Assembly (NCBI RefSeq): GCF_036971445.1
Contig: NC_091472.1
Coordinates: 250,480,001 to 250,544,000, forward strand
DNA length: 64,000 nucleotides
From: Narcine bancroftii
Taxonomy: Eukaryota
Direction of reading: 5' to 3'
Part shown: one piece after another, positions 24,280 through 37,839 of the stretch
How positions within the stretch are numbered: position 1 is the stretch's first letter
Layout: the number at the start of each line of letters is the position of its first letter
Translations under genes and position numbers: made by a program
Notes under the pieces: model-generated
Told to the model about the DNA's origin: nothing
The model's input: only the letters and a program-made list of their open reading frames with translations
The model's database searches: none

Positions 24280-26265
24280 ATCAACTAGACAGGGTTGTCC
24301 TTTGTCACCAGCTGTTTGCATTGGTTATTGAACTTTGGCACAGATGATTAGGCAAGATAATTTGATAACAGGTATTAGGGTGAATTCTAATGAATATAAG
24401 ATAAATTTGTTTGCAGATGACGTGTTGATATATTTAACTCATCCTTTACGGTCTTTGGAGACCTTACATGAACATTTGCAACAGTATAGAGCGTTATCTG
24501 GTTATAAGGTAAATTGGGAGAAGAGTGAAATTATGCCTTTGGTGGAGATGGATTATTCGTCATGTAGACAGATTGTGAAGTTAGATATTTAGGTATTATT
24601 ATTGATAATAATTATGATTATTTACCATTATTGACTAGAATTAAAAATGATTTAAATAGGTGGAAGAATCTACCAATAATGTTGGTAGGAAGGGTGAATT
24701 GTATCAAAATGAATATTTTTCCTTGAATTCAGTATTTGTTTCAATCTGTTCCATGTAAGATACCTTATAAATTAATTCTTTGATAAGAAATTTTTTGTGG
24801 AAAGACAAAATGGCAAGTTTCATTACAAAAATTAACATGGAAATATGCATTGGGAGGTTTACAACTACCTAATTTTCAACATTATTATGAATCATCTCAA
24901 TTAAAATTTATAAATAGAATGTTTCAAGAGGATAGCTCTTCGGTTTGGGGTATTAAATTTATCTCAGATTGGTGAAAAGAGGATGGACCAATTTATTTAT
25001 TGATGGAATTCTCAGTTAAGTAGTTACAGGTTACCAGTATTGAAACATTTGCTTGAGTCATGGATAAATAAGAATGAGTTTTTAGGTACAGAAGGTAAAA
25101 TCTAGGTTAAGATGCCTTTATTTCAAAATAAGCTTTTACCATTTACGATCAATAATCAAAGTTATGAACAAAATTGAAGTTATGGGAACAAAATGGAATG
25201 AAATTGGTAGAAGATTGTTATGAGGCAGGACATTTTATTTTCTTTCAAAGAATGAGAGAGAAATATGAGTACCTTTGAGTACTCTTTTTACTTATTATCA
25301 GGTTAAAGTTTTACTATTAAATAATTTTGGGCATACTTTGTGACTTCCTAGAAGATCTAAATTTGAGAGTTTAATTATTGATGGTGCTAGGAAGGGTTTT
25401 ATATCAAATATGTATAATTTATTGCAGGTTAAAACCCCAAAGCCAGATAAGACTAGAGTGAAATGGGAGAAAGACTTGGGAATATCTATCTCCCCGGAAG
25501 ATTGGATATCGGTATGTGAAGATAGTATGACTAAAATTGTGAATGTGAGGTTTAGATTGGTTCATTATAATTTTAGTCATCAATTATATTTAAATACTTA
25601 GAAATTGAAATAAATTTAAATATGTCACTTCAGATTTATGCTTTAGATGTCATAAGGAAGTAGGAACCTTCTTACACTCAGTTTGGCTATGTGACACAAT
25701 TAAACCTTTTTGGAATAAAATTAAAGAATTCTTGCAAGTTATGTTTAAATTTAAATTCCATTTGACCCTATGATATTTTTACTGGGTAACATTAAATCAT
25801 TGTGTTTAGAGTTGAATTGGATAAATCTCAAATGCCTTTTTGAGGTTGGTCTTAGCAGTAGCTAGGAAATGTCTTGCAGTTACGTGGAAGAATGAGATTA
25901 AATTGAATATTCAACCATGGCATATGGAAATGAGGTCATGTATTCCCTTAGAGAAGATAACATAATTTACAAAACAATTTTTTTTGTTAAGGTTTGGAGC
26001 CCATACATGGATTGGATGTGTTCTAACTGTTAAAATATTATCCCATACATGGGTGGTGTGGTCCAAAACCATGACACATATCCGAATGTATTGCTTTAAT
26101 TATTCTCCTCCATCTTTCTTTTCTTTCGGAGTAGGTTAGTGGGGGGGTTGGGTGGGAGGGATAGGGATGGGGGGGGGGGAAGGAGGGTTTTATGGAATAA
26201 AATATATCACATTGTATTTTTTATGTATTATCTATTATTAATTATAAATAAAATTTTTAAAAAAA
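24280..26265 (+). mobile_element. Degenerate 5'-truncated L1/Tx1-like LINE
   Basis: RQGCPLSP, LFADDVLIYL and SGYKVNWEKSEI motifs, a C-terminal zinc-knuckle remnant, G-rich 3' UTR and A-tail; many stops. Confidence 0.85.
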
Positions 26266-27029
26266 GGTAAAATGAAATTATTTCCACAAAATTATATTAT
26301 TATTTTTGAATGATGCGTCTTGAGTATATTTGAAAATTTCACTCCAATCAAGGCAGGATTCCTGCAATTACATTTGAAAAATACTGAGCTCATGTGGATG
26401 AAAAGACCACAGTAGAATTAATCTGTCATTCCTGCAAAAAGCTTAAATGGTCTTTCTGAGAAATACCTCCCATTATGCACAAGCTTATAACTGCAAATGT
26501 TTATTGTAGTTGATTGGAGAATGTTACTTAACTGTGATAATTTTGGACCAGATTTCATATCAACAGTAATATTTAAAAATGAAATTCAGAATACTTGTTT
26601 GCAAACTCTTGAGTGGAATTGACAGGAAGATGTCCAGATCTGAGGTTAATTGATAATAATTTCAATTAAATCCTATTGGTTTATCTAATACAAAAGGTTA
26701 AACTTTGCTGGAATTAAATAGATCCAAAATAACCATGCTCAACCATCCAGTTTTTTTAAAAACAATTTAAATCACATTTACCTTACCACTGCTGCAATAG
26801 AAATACTTTTAGTTGCAGGGATGTTTAATGTTTAGGCCAATCTTAGAAATATGAAGTTTCATGCAAAGTTTCTTCAATCAAATAAAATAGTATCTTGATA
26901 TTCATAACGTCTGCCCTCTTAATCTTCAATTGCCATTTAAAATTACAGTATAGCGAAACAAATACATGCAAAGTATCTTAAACAGGTCATTTTATTTATT
27001 TCCAAAACTCTACATTATGGAGTTATTAC

Positions 27030-28070
27030 AAATTCAAATTTATTGTCAGAGAACGTAGATGATACGACATTACAACCCTGAAAATTTTTTTTTCCTGTGG
27101 GCCAGGCAGAATTTCTACTTATTGGTAGTGCAAAAATTATTCTTGACAAGAGAGAAATGTAAACAAACTGACAGAAAATAAATATTCAATAATAAATAAT
27201 GTCCAGAGTCCTTATATGAGTCTCTGATTGAGTTTGTTTAGAAGTCTGATGGCAACTCTTCCTGAACCTGGTGATATGAGTCTGGTGGCACCCATACCTC
27301 TTTCCCAATGGCAGTAGCGAGAACAGAGCATGTCCTGGATGGTGTGCATCCTTGATGAATGCTGCTGCTCTCTGACAGCAGTGTTCCATGTAGATTTTCT
27401 CAATGGTTGGAAAAGTTTTGCCTGTTATATACTGGGCTGTATCCACTACTTTTTGCAGGGCTTTCAACTCAAAGGTATTGGTGCCCCCATACCAGGCTGT
27501 GATGTAGCTGGTCAGCACACTTTCTACAACACATCTGTAAAAGTTTGCCAAGGTTTCGTGGTCATACCAAATTTCCACAAGCTCCTGAGAAAGGCACTGA
27601 TGTGCTTTCTTCATTATGACATTCATGTTTTAGATCCAGGAAAGATCCTTCAAGATAGTGAGTCTCAGGAATTTAAATTCGCTCATCCTCTCCACTATGA
27701 TCCCCCAATGATCACTGGAACATGCACCTCTTTTTCCCTCCTAAAGTCCACAATCAGCTCCTTGGTTTTGGTTTCATTGATGTGAGGTTATTAGCCATGT
27801 TTTCATTCTTCATGCTGACTCATCACCCCTTTTTATAAACCCACTACCACAGTATCATCGGCAAGTTTGCAGATGGTGTTATTGTACCGAGTCACACAGT
27901 CATAGGTGTAAAGCAAGTAGAGCAGGAGAATAAGAATGCAGCCCAGTGGTGCTCTGGTACTGATAGAGATTGTGCAGATGTTCTTATCAATCCCCACTGA
28001 TTGTAGTCTGGAGATGAGGAAATCCAGGATCCAATCGAGGCCTAGGACTTGGAGTTTGCTGATCAGTTTG
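27030..28070 (-). mobile_element. Rex1/Babar-like LINE, 3' portion
   Basis: NFYRCVVESVLTSYITAWYG..HHPGHALFSLLP; 3' tail shared with 18780-18880, 38700-38800 and 44690-44780. Confidence 0.8.
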
Positions 28071-28547
28071 TTTTTAATTTTATGAATTTATCAACTCATG
28101 ATAAACCCAATTATATCTTTCATTTCTTACCTAAAGCTCTTGCTAATAATGCACTATCTACACTATACATTTTTAAAATTTCTAGGTATAAAATCATAAT
28201 TACTTAGTGCTTTTCTTACATCTAAGTCAACATCCATCTCAAATATTGCACTTATATTACATATAGAAGAGATTGCATATATCATTTGCTTTTCTTAAAA
28301 ATTAATGGTTACCTTCAAAGATGGAGGCTACAATATTCTATCCCTACCTCCATTTCTTTTCCAAACACTGATCGGTTTATGGAATCACTATATTTTAATT
28401 GTAGTGGATCATATTTTATGGAAGCTAGGAGTTAGGCAAAGTTAAATTTTGCATTTATTGTTGCACACAGATTTACAAAAATTGTATCTTTACAGATACA
28501 TGACAATGGTGTAAGTTCATATGGCATTTGAATTTATGACAGTTTTA

Positions 28548-28775
28548 AAAAATTTAGACATAAAGCATTGTAACAGGCCATTTAGGCCCACAACTCCATG
28601 CCACCCAATTAACCTACACCCCGGAATGTTTCAAATGGTGGGAGGAAACGAGTCCCTGGGGAAAACCCATGAGGACATGGAGAACGTAAAAACAGACAGA
28701 GCTGGATCGAACCTTGGTCCTAATTACTGACGCTGTAAAGGTGTTCCGCTAACTACTATGCCAACAGTGCTGTCC
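28548..28775 (-). mobile_element. tRNA-derived V-SINE (HE1-like)
   Basis: Reverse complement has A/B-box-like ggcatagtagttagc and ggttcgatcc, plus the tttcctcccac core. Confidence 0.7.
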
Positions 28776-29662
28776 CAGTTATCGATTTTAGAACATGTTG
28801 ATGAAAATTGCAGTGTGTGCCAGATTACTGACAACTACTTTGGATATCCTGCATTAAAGTATGCATGTCAGTATAATCATAGCAAACACCAATAGGTTTT
28901 GCCGTGATTATTGTTACAAAATCTGTATAGTTCACGTTTTAAACTGATAGCTGTATTAATATTGTTATGCAATGCCATTGATAGTTGCAAAATAAATTCA
29001 GCATTTAACACTGTCCTCACTAATGTGCCAAACAACAAGTGCTGACAATCCTACCTTTAATTCCCAGCACAAAATGTCAATTTTTAGCACACATCACTTT
29101 TTGGAAATATAAAACTCTGTCACCTAATTAATTGATGTCAAGTTCGAAGATAGCAATTTCCCATTTTCAATCGAGTTACCAAAACTATATTCCAGTTCTA
29201 TAATACAAATTCACTGGGAGATTCATGCTTTTAATGTATCAAAATGTTGAAGTACCTTGATCCAGTTTAATCCAAACGTCAGACTTCATAAATACATGAC
29301 TTATTGAAATTCAAGACTAATTATTTTGCCTACATACCCATAGTTTTCATCACCATAGGTGATTATTTTCTGTCCAAATTGGTTTGAAGTTGCCACTTTC
29401 GGGAGTAGTTAATATTTTTTGGCTGCTTTACTGAGAGAAAAAAAATGAAACTTAAAAATACAATTATCCTTTTGTCTACATTTAATTACTTCAAAATGTC
29501 TCATCATTTTCCAAAGCATTCAGTTAACTACATAATTAACTGCACAAGTTATAGTATCTACAGAGCAAAGGTGACTAGTCATCCATTTTTTGTCATGAAT
29601 TCATGGAACACTTAAATCTGCTAGCTCTTTACTTTCACTAATAACATTACTAAAAACAATAA

Positions 29663-29918
29663 CTAATGCACCATGTTTTGTAATAATCTGATGCATTTAT
29701 CAGAAGCCTTTTCTCTATGGTTTTCCATCTTTGATATTCTAGACCCAAACTGCATTGCTCTCTTTGGTAGAATAGCAGATGCAGAAAGACCCAGTTCTTT
29801 TGCAGCCATTCGAAGAAGCAGCTTTTCGCCAATTCCACGGGGTAGAGTTAAGTCTGCTTTTTCCCACACAGGAAGTGAATTTAGAAAAGACACCACCGCT
29901 TCATCCAGAAATGGAAAC
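29663..29918 (-). CDS. ASNSD1: ASNSD1 terminal coding exon
   Basis: tttcag| (R)[36 protein letters not shown]...[12 protein letters not shown]...*; matches the ASNSD1 C-terminus. Confidence 0.95.
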
Positions 29919-30512
29919 CTGAAATGATACACATGATAATTATAATATACTTTATCTATAGCCACAGATAAAATGTTCTCAACAATTATGTAACTTCTAT
30001 ATGTTTACGATTGATTATCTGGGCCAATGATATCACTGACCCCAAAGCTCTGTCATTATTTGTCAGGAGATGCTAGTTGAGTCCCACAGTGTGACAGTTC
30101 AAACCAGTTTTTCTTATTTGCACTACTGGACTTCTGCAATGTGATCATATGTCTATCCAGACCTAATTACCAATTATGCTGTCAGACATTTGTTCATTAG
30201 TTTATGAACTGGCAACTTGAATTAATTTAGTACTCGAATACAAAAGATGATCAAGGTTGGGTACTCAGATAGCCCATATTTGGGGTGGCATGGAGAATTA
30301 TAGTGGCCTATCACTGCACTTCTGTAGCAAGGCCCAATGCAAGATTGAGGAACTGCACCTTGTCTGGGAATGTCATGGACTTCTGACTTCATGTCCAAAT
30401 AACTTGTTTCAGATTTCCAATATCTGTAGTTTTTAAAAATATATATTTTCAGGCAAGTTGCTTTCTCTGCCTGCCTCAGAACTGATCTCTTCTGGTGCAA
30501 ATCACCCATGTC

Positions 30513-30641
30513 NNNNNNNNNNNNNNNNNNNNNNNNNNNNNNNNNNNNNNNNNNNNNNNNNNNNNNNNNNNNNNNNNNNNNNNNNNNNNNNNNNNNNNNN
30601 NNNNNNNNNNNNNNNNNNNNNNNNNNNNNNNNNNNNNNNNN
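30513..30641. other. Assembly gap (129 N) in an ASNSD1 intron
   Basis: Run of N. Confidence 1.
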
Positions 30642-31108
30642 GAAGCTCAGATAGGTTGGTGGCCCGGGGCCTGGGCAGGCAGGGTGTGGGGGTCGACTTT
30701 ACACAGTATCAATTATGACATGGTATTGACTATCACATGCATATATATAATTTTTTTCCTCTCCTATAGTAACAACCAGACCTTTGAATGTCACATAGCC
30801 CTGCAATTTGCAATTTATTAAGCTTCTTTGTTGTACTGTCACTCTCCCTCTACTCCCATTAACACATTTGACCAGAGGACCACACAACCTATACCCCTGC
30901 CTTTACTATCACGTATTCCCTCTGTCTTGCCCATCCTCTCCCACGTCTTCTGCAGTTGAAAATGAACACGCTTTCTCTTTTTTCTCATCTTAATGAATCA
31001 ACCTGAAATATTTCTCTATCCATAGATGTTGCCTGACCTGAGTCTTTGCAGCATTTTCATTACATTTAAAAACACCCAACAACATACAGAAAAGTTGGCA
31101 AAATTCAC

Positions 31109-31290
31109 CTTGCTTCTTTCCCATGATCACCAATAACTCGGTCATCCCTTCCAAGGTTCCGTGAGGAGATGCGACTAAGTTCCATCTCTAGTTCGTTGAC
31201 AAGGCCTTTGAAACCTGATGTTTTGTAACAGATGCGGTGACGGGAATAACCTGCAAGTTGTTCATCAGCACCTATTCCGGTTAATACCAC
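31109..31290 (-). CDS. ASNSD1: ASNSD1 internal coding exon
   Basis: tttttag| [19 protein letters not shown]...[17 protein letters not shown](R) |gtgaat; 182 nt, phase 0-2. Confidence 0.95.
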
Positions 31291-32254
31291 CTAAAAAGTA
31301 CAAATTTATACAGTCTTTCACTGCAAATCTTAATACTAGTTAAATGACGAGGAACTGAATTGCCCACTATTATTTTACAAAATATTACCTTTCAACCAAA
31401 AGTTAACTGTAACATAATACAGTATTATACATTATATGGAAACATTTAGACAATAGGAGTAGCAGGAATGTCTAGGATTTGTAACTATTATTATACAGGA
31501 AGGCTGTTCAGAGTAAAAAGCTGAAAACCAAATGTTAGAAGTACTTTTCAATCCTTAACCTGAAGCATTAGCTCAGGTTTTCTGCAGTGGATGCCTGACA
31601 TGATATTTATACCATTTTCAGTTATTTCCTATTTCTACCATCTGTAATTTTTGGTTTTGGATGTTATGGACAAAAATTGGGTGTGGATCAAGCTTTGAGG
31701 CATTTGAAAAACAGGGGAAGCAGAATTCAATTAAAAATTCAAAATATATTTAAAGAACTTCAATGCATGCAGCATTTGCTTTAAGAAAGTAATAGGTGGG
31801 GGATACAGTAAAAGGTAAAATACAACAAGGATAACTGACCAGTGAAGATAACCGATGAGTGAATATATAGGGACAAGAAATCAGAAGTGCTTAGGTTTGC
31901 AGCAACAGTCATGACATAATTTGTCAACTCAACCACGTGGAAGGTAAAGTTAAGAGTAAGCTTTGGACAGAAAAAAGCACTTCACAATATTGAATAAAGG
32001 CAAAACCTGCTGAATTATTTCAATTCTTCTTGTGCATCAGGCCCCACTGGAGGTTAGGATTATTTTAGAGACGCCAAGTCTTGTCTTACTTGGAAATAGA
32101 TTTGAATAAAATGTAAATTCTCTTTAAATACTGAGATAAGAAGCCACACACAATGTGTGACATGAATTCTTCATTAAAATGTGCATCATATCAATGTTTG
32201 TATTCCAAATGATGGGCAACCTTTTATTTAAAAGAAAAGAATTCAACTCCTCAC

Positions 32255-33658
32255 CTTTGCATTACTGATGTATGGCTGCATTTCTCCATTAATGATGTTG
32301 ATACCAGTACCTCTTGCAGCAAACCATACTGCACAGCCAATGCTGTCATCCAAAACAGTGTCCAGAGGTTGTACTAACTGGCTAATCCGGAGTTGTCTCA
32401 TTTCTTTTAGCTCTTCTAATGTGATATTGATTTCTATAAAATTCCAATGTCTGGAAGGGTTTATAATTTGCAATTCTTTTAAACCACAATGGCCAGTGAT
32501 CCGGTCAGGCACGTTAAAAGCAGTCTTCTCTTCAATACACTCCTTTTCTGGTGCTCCAGAGGTATTGCTTTGCTTCTGCTTTTTCTTTGAGATCCTCTGC
32601 CCTTTCCTCTCTTGCTGCTCAAAGGCTACATTCAACAAGTCAATAGGTTCATTTGGTGGAACATGACGGTCAGCCAAGGCAGACAGAACCATAGAATCAA
32701 CACCCCCAGAAAAGAGAATTGCTACTTTTGCTTGGTTAGAATTTACTACCCGAGCTGCAGAATCAGATGGATTTTGGTTTCTTGGTAAAAAGAGCACTCG
32801 TTGTCTGACAGAGTCACTTAAAACACCAATAAATCGATGAACAAGTTTTTTCCTGTTTTCATCTGAAAGACAAATGTCAAGATTTGTCACAGAATATTTC
32901 TGATCGATACTTGGATCTGGAATACAGCAATTCATAGGAATTATGGGGGCTGTGAGGTAAAGCTTTGATTCATTCAAAAACACAGAAACAAAATGAGGAA
33001 GATCTTCAATGAACTGAGCTTCTCTGTGAGAAACAGATTCATCATCACTTGACATAGGTTTCCATGGATACCATGTTATTGCCAGTGAGGTGGCATTGCA
33101 TTGTTTCTGAAGGTCAATTTTATAAAGTCCTTTTGCTGGCACCTCATGCCAAGGGGCATTTATATACTTTGAGAGAGCACCCACTGATGCAAGAGTCAGG
33201 CAGGGATTTTTAAACTGCCATAATAAACTCCGCCGACCAAAATAGTCTCGACCAAACCACAAGCAGTGAGTGGATGGTTGGTAGTATATAAAAGCCCATG
33301 GTCCCCGAATAGATGAAAAGACAGATAAAATGGCTTCTTCACTGTTACATGAAGACAGATGCTGAAGAATAATCTGAGTGTCATTATCTTCAGGATTAAT
33401 TTCGATACCTCCAAACACCTCCCCATTCCAAAGGAAGACATTTCCTTGACCATCCTGCATGGGCTGTGGATTTAAGCACCCTCTCATGTGCAGCACATGA
33501 CCAGAGAAACAACAATTATAACCCAGCTCAGGCACCACTCTTGATAATTGTTGACTGCAGTGAGGACCTCTCCGTTGAAGGTTTTCAAGCATATCCTTTC
33601 CCAAAATAACAGGATCATCTTGGGGAACTAAAACTAACATGCAACAAATTCCACACAT
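32255..33658 (-). CDS. ASNSD1: ASNSD1 (asparagine synthetase domain-containing 1), first and largest coding exon; full CDS 613 aa
   Basis: MCGICC Ntn-amidotransferase start, RRGP, LWNGEVF, FGRDYFGRRSLL and ILFSGGVDS motifs; donor AAG|gtgagg at 32254. Confidence 0.97.
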
Positions 33659-33715
33659 TTTGTGTTTTTTAATTTATCCATCCAATCAAATATGCAGACA
33701 CTTTGACATTTTTGA

Positions 33716-33780
33716 TTACTTCTTCATTTTCTTAGTATTTTCCAATTCCTGGTGTTCTTTTCTCATCTCATCAAGGGAAC
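33716..33780 (-). CDS. ASDURF: ASDURF exon 4 (shares its exon with the ASNSD1 start; stop lies 57 nt before the ASNSD1 ATG)
   Basis: ttttatag| (C)[20 protein letters not shown], compared with recalled human [22 protein letters not shown]. Confidence 0.9.
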
Positions 33781-34229
33781 CTATAAAATTACAAAGTTTG
33801 CAAAGATTTCTTAACCTTAGCTGGAAATGCAATACCCTGTAGCATCTGTAATTTTCACAGAACCAAATTGATCTAGTACTTTTGTTTTTAAGAACATCTA
33901 TACAGTTCAAAAAAATTGTGAAAATAGAAAGCAGCATCTGATTAAATTTAAGATTAACACAAAGAACAAACAATTTCTCTTCAAGGCAAAAGTATAATAA
34001 ACAGATTTAACATCCAGTCAGGATAAAAGTACTATAATCAATATGAACAAATTCAACAGAAGTGCCTTTTATAAAAGATTTTAGTACTTTCTCAGCTCTT
34101 TCCATAGATTTAGATATTGAAACATATTCTTCCTTTAAAACATCCAATACAATTTCACAAATATTGTATCTATTACAGATTGTCTGTAAAATATGCCATT
34201 AACGGTTTAATTTGACGCATTTGAGGTTG

Positions 34230-35547
34230 AAGAACAGTCAGTGGGATTGAACAGTGTTCAAGAACTCAACTGAGGATCTGAATGATTACACCACAGCTGT
34301 CACAGACTTTATCAAACAGCTGTGGACAAGTGGCCCCCCCACAAAATAGTTCAGTGTTTTCCCCAACCAGAAGCCCTGCTTGTACAATGAAATCTGGAGC
34401 GTGCTGAGAGCCAGATCACAGGCATTTAAATGCAGAGATCTACAACACTACACAATGAATCAGAATTTATTCTCACGAAATCTGTTGTTTTGTGTCACAG
34501 TGCAAATATTTATATAAACCACCTTACAAAAAAGTACTGGGTAAAGTGGTGACATAGCCTGCTGCAAAACCAAATCCAGTGTAGTAGGAGACAGTAGAGC
34601 ATCACTCCCAGATGAACTCAATGACTTTGATGCCTGATTTGACCACCAGAACAAGGAAGAAACACTGCGCACCCCAATGTCCCCTGATGATACTCAACTG
34701 TCAGTATCTGAGGGTACACTCTGGATGGAATACTCAGCTGGGTACTAAAATGTTGTGCTGAACAACTTGCTAATGTATTCATAGATACCTTCAACATCTC
34801 ACTTCGGCAGGGTGAGGTACCCACTTGTTTCAAACAGGCCTCAATTGTACCAGTGCCCAAGAAGAGTGCAGTAACCCACATAAATGACCAGTGGCACTCA
34901 CATCCAGCGTGATGAAGTGTTTTGAGAGGTTGGTGTTGAAGTATATCAACTCCTGTCGGAGCAACAACGTGAATCCTTTCTAATTTGCCTAATGCAGCCA
35001 CAGGTCTACAGTAGATGCCTTTTCACTGGCTCTACACAAAGCCCTGGAGCAGCTGGACAGCAAAGATGCATATATTAGGATGCTTTTTGTCGACAAGTTT
35101 TGCAATCAACACGATCATTCCTCAAAACTGATCAGCAAACTCTAAGTCCTTGACCTCAATACCCCATTGTGCAATTGGATCCTGGAATTCCTCACCTCCA
35201 CACCACAATCAGTGAGGATTGGTAAGAACATCTCCATAAGTACTGGAACACAACAGGGCTGTGTACTTATCCCCCACTCTGCTCACTTTACACCTATGAG
35301 TGTGAGGCTCAGTACGACACTACCACCATCAACACATATGCTGACGATACCACACAAAAAGGGGCGATGAGTCAGCATACAGGAGGGAGATTGAAAACTT
35401 GGCTAAATGCTGTACTAACTACAACCTCACATAATGTCATCAAAACCAAGAAGCTGATTGTGGACTTTAGGAGGGGAAAACCAAATGTGTATGATCCAGT
35501 GATCATTGGGGGATCAGAAGTGGAGAGGGTAAGCAAACATCAAGGAT
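34230..35547 (+). mobile_element. Degenerate Rex1/Babar-like LINE (resumes at 36957-37100)
   Basis: RT-region remnants (CAEQLA..FNISL..VPTCFK..IVPVPKK; [15 protein letters not shown]). Confidence 0.75.
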
Positions 35548-36956
35548 ATATACCACCGATATGAAGCTACATTCAAATGATCTCTATCTTTTTTTTGGTA
35601 TAACCATTATTATTGCACTTAAACATAAATCTGGTAGAGCTTATTCCTGCGTTACTTGATGAAGAACATCCATAAATAAAGAGGACAGCTCATCATAAAA
35701 AACTATAAAATTCAACAGTGAACCCATCATCTCCTGGAGACTTCCCGTTAGGCATTTGTTGAATAACATCCTTTATTTCTAAATCTGTAAAAGGAGAATC
35801 CAGTTTCCTCACATCATCTTCCCCTAATATTGACAAATTTAGTTCTGACAAAAAAGATTCAATGGAACCATCATCTCGAACTCCCTCAGAAACATATAAT
35901 TTCTGATAAAAATTGGTCATTGACTTCCTGAGGTTTAAAAGTAACTGAGTTATCCTTCCTCACAGCATTAATAGTTCCTGATGCTTTTTCTGTTTTCAGT
36001 TGTCACGCTAAAACTTTATGGGCTCTGTCCCCTAACTCATAATAACATTGTTTAGATCTTTGAATCAAACATTCAAATTGATATGTTTGTAGTGTATTAT
36101 ATTGTGAGTTCAATTTAGTCAAAACTGCCTTATTAACCTCCGCACAACTCCTCTGAAATTCCTTTTCCAAATCAGCTATCTGTTTTTCCAATGACCGAGT
36201 CTCTGCCAAAAATTTCTTCTTTTCCTTTGATGCATAGCTAATAATTTGACCATGTAAAAATGCCTTCAAAATATACCAAAAAACCCAGAGATCTTCTTCC
36301 TAAGTAACAAAGAATTTGGACTTGATTTGGATGGTGCACAAAAAAGATTTGTTAAGATAGTTCTAGCCGTAGCAAAAAAATGTATTATGTCAACCTGGAA
36401 ATTGGAAGATAATTTGAGAATACAACAATGGTATATAGAAATGAATAAATGTATTCCATTAGAAAAAATAACATATAGTTTAAGAAATAATATTGAAATA
36501 TTTGAACAAATATGGGAGCCATAAATGAAACACAATAGAGAAAACCTACCGGGGACATTTACCACCTAAATTAACGAAAGGAGAAGGAAATTAAAAGAAT
36601 TGACTCAGTGGAATTTCTTGTTTATTTTTATTGAATGACAACATTGTTTGACTGGTTTAATATATCTTAGATTTTGTACTTTAAATGGATGGGGAGGGGA
36701 GGTGGGGAGGGTGGGATGGGAGGGGGGGGGGAGAAAATGACACTGTATATATTTGAAAAGGAAAATGTATGTATCATGGTCAATGTGGTTTATGGTGTGA
36801 AAAATAAAAAATTTAAAAAAAAAAGCATCCCATAAAGTAAAATCATTCTGAACTGTATTCCTATTCAAATCCAAAAAAGAAATGATTTGATCCTTAATGA
36901 ATTTTACAAATTCCGGTTTTTTTCAATAACATTGCATTAAACCTCCACTGAAAAGT
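35548..36956 (-). mobile_element. Internal L1/Tx1 ORF2 fragment (minus) containing a nested plus-strand L1 3' end at 36267-36823
   Basis: TLWDA (near 36825) joins KAFLHGQII (36266) across the insert; GKSPGDDGFTVEFY motif; the nested copy ends in AATAAA plus a poly(A) tail. Confidence 0.75.
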
Positions 36957-37763
36957 TGATCATTGGGGGATCAGAAGTGGAGAGGGTGAGCAAACATCAA
37001 GGATCCACACCACCCAGGACATGCTCTGTCCTCGCTGCTGCCATCAGGAAAGAGGTATATGTATCACAAGACTTGAACCACCAGGTTCAGAAACAGTTGG
37101 CGGAACAATATTCTGTCTGGCAACTCTCCAACCAGATGGCATTAACATTGACCTCCATTTTCATTAGGCCCCTCTCCCATTTCTTTCCCTACCCCTGTCA
37201 CCTTTCCTCCAGTTCCCCACCCACCTTGCTCTCCATTCAGAGATCAAACCCCTCCCCATCACTTCTCAACATTTTTTCCTCTTCTGCCCTCCCACTCATA
37301 TCTATCTTTTGAGTTGGCCTGCATTCTTTCTCCTATTCTTCCATCCTTCCTCTCCTTCCCTCATATTTTTAATTCAGGCCCATGCCTGCTTTCTGCTCAT
37401 TCCTTGACAAAGGGCTCAGGCCTGAAATATTGGCTACCCTTTGCTTCCGGTTGATGGTGTGTGATCTGATGAATTTCTCCAGCAGTTTTGTTTGCATTAA
37501 ATGACCTTATTCCACTGTTGAGAAGATATAATGGCCACTCCTGAAGGTGCCCAAAAGTGAACGTGAGTTAAGGGATCAAACAAAAGGAAAAGCATCTTAT
37601 GAATGTGTGAAAGAAAGGAAATTAAAAGTGGCAGAAAAGCACAACCAAAATCTCAATAGATATAATATAAAAATCAAAGAAAAAATACCCATGAAAAATA
37701 TTTTCTACCTTTCAAATTTGTACATCCTCATTTGACAAAATATGCTCAAAATAAATAACTTAC

Positions 37764-37839
37764 ATTTACATTCACTTAGTGTCTGTGTTCGATCTGCTAT
37801 GAAAAATATATTGCTGTTGGGCTGCTGCTTATAAACTCT
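37764..37839 (-). CDS. ASDURF: ASDURF exon 3
   Basis: tttttctag| [25 protein letters not shown] T|gtaagt, compared with recalled human [25 protein letters not shown]; 76 nt, phase 0-1. Confidence 0.93.

Noticed and set aside
30458-30821. ORFs containing runs of X
   Set aside because: Artefacts of the N gap.
33716-33973. 85-aa single-exon ORF upstream of ASNSD1
   Set aside because: Only 33780-33716 is exon (the ASDURF tail); the rest is intron upstream of a clear acceptor.
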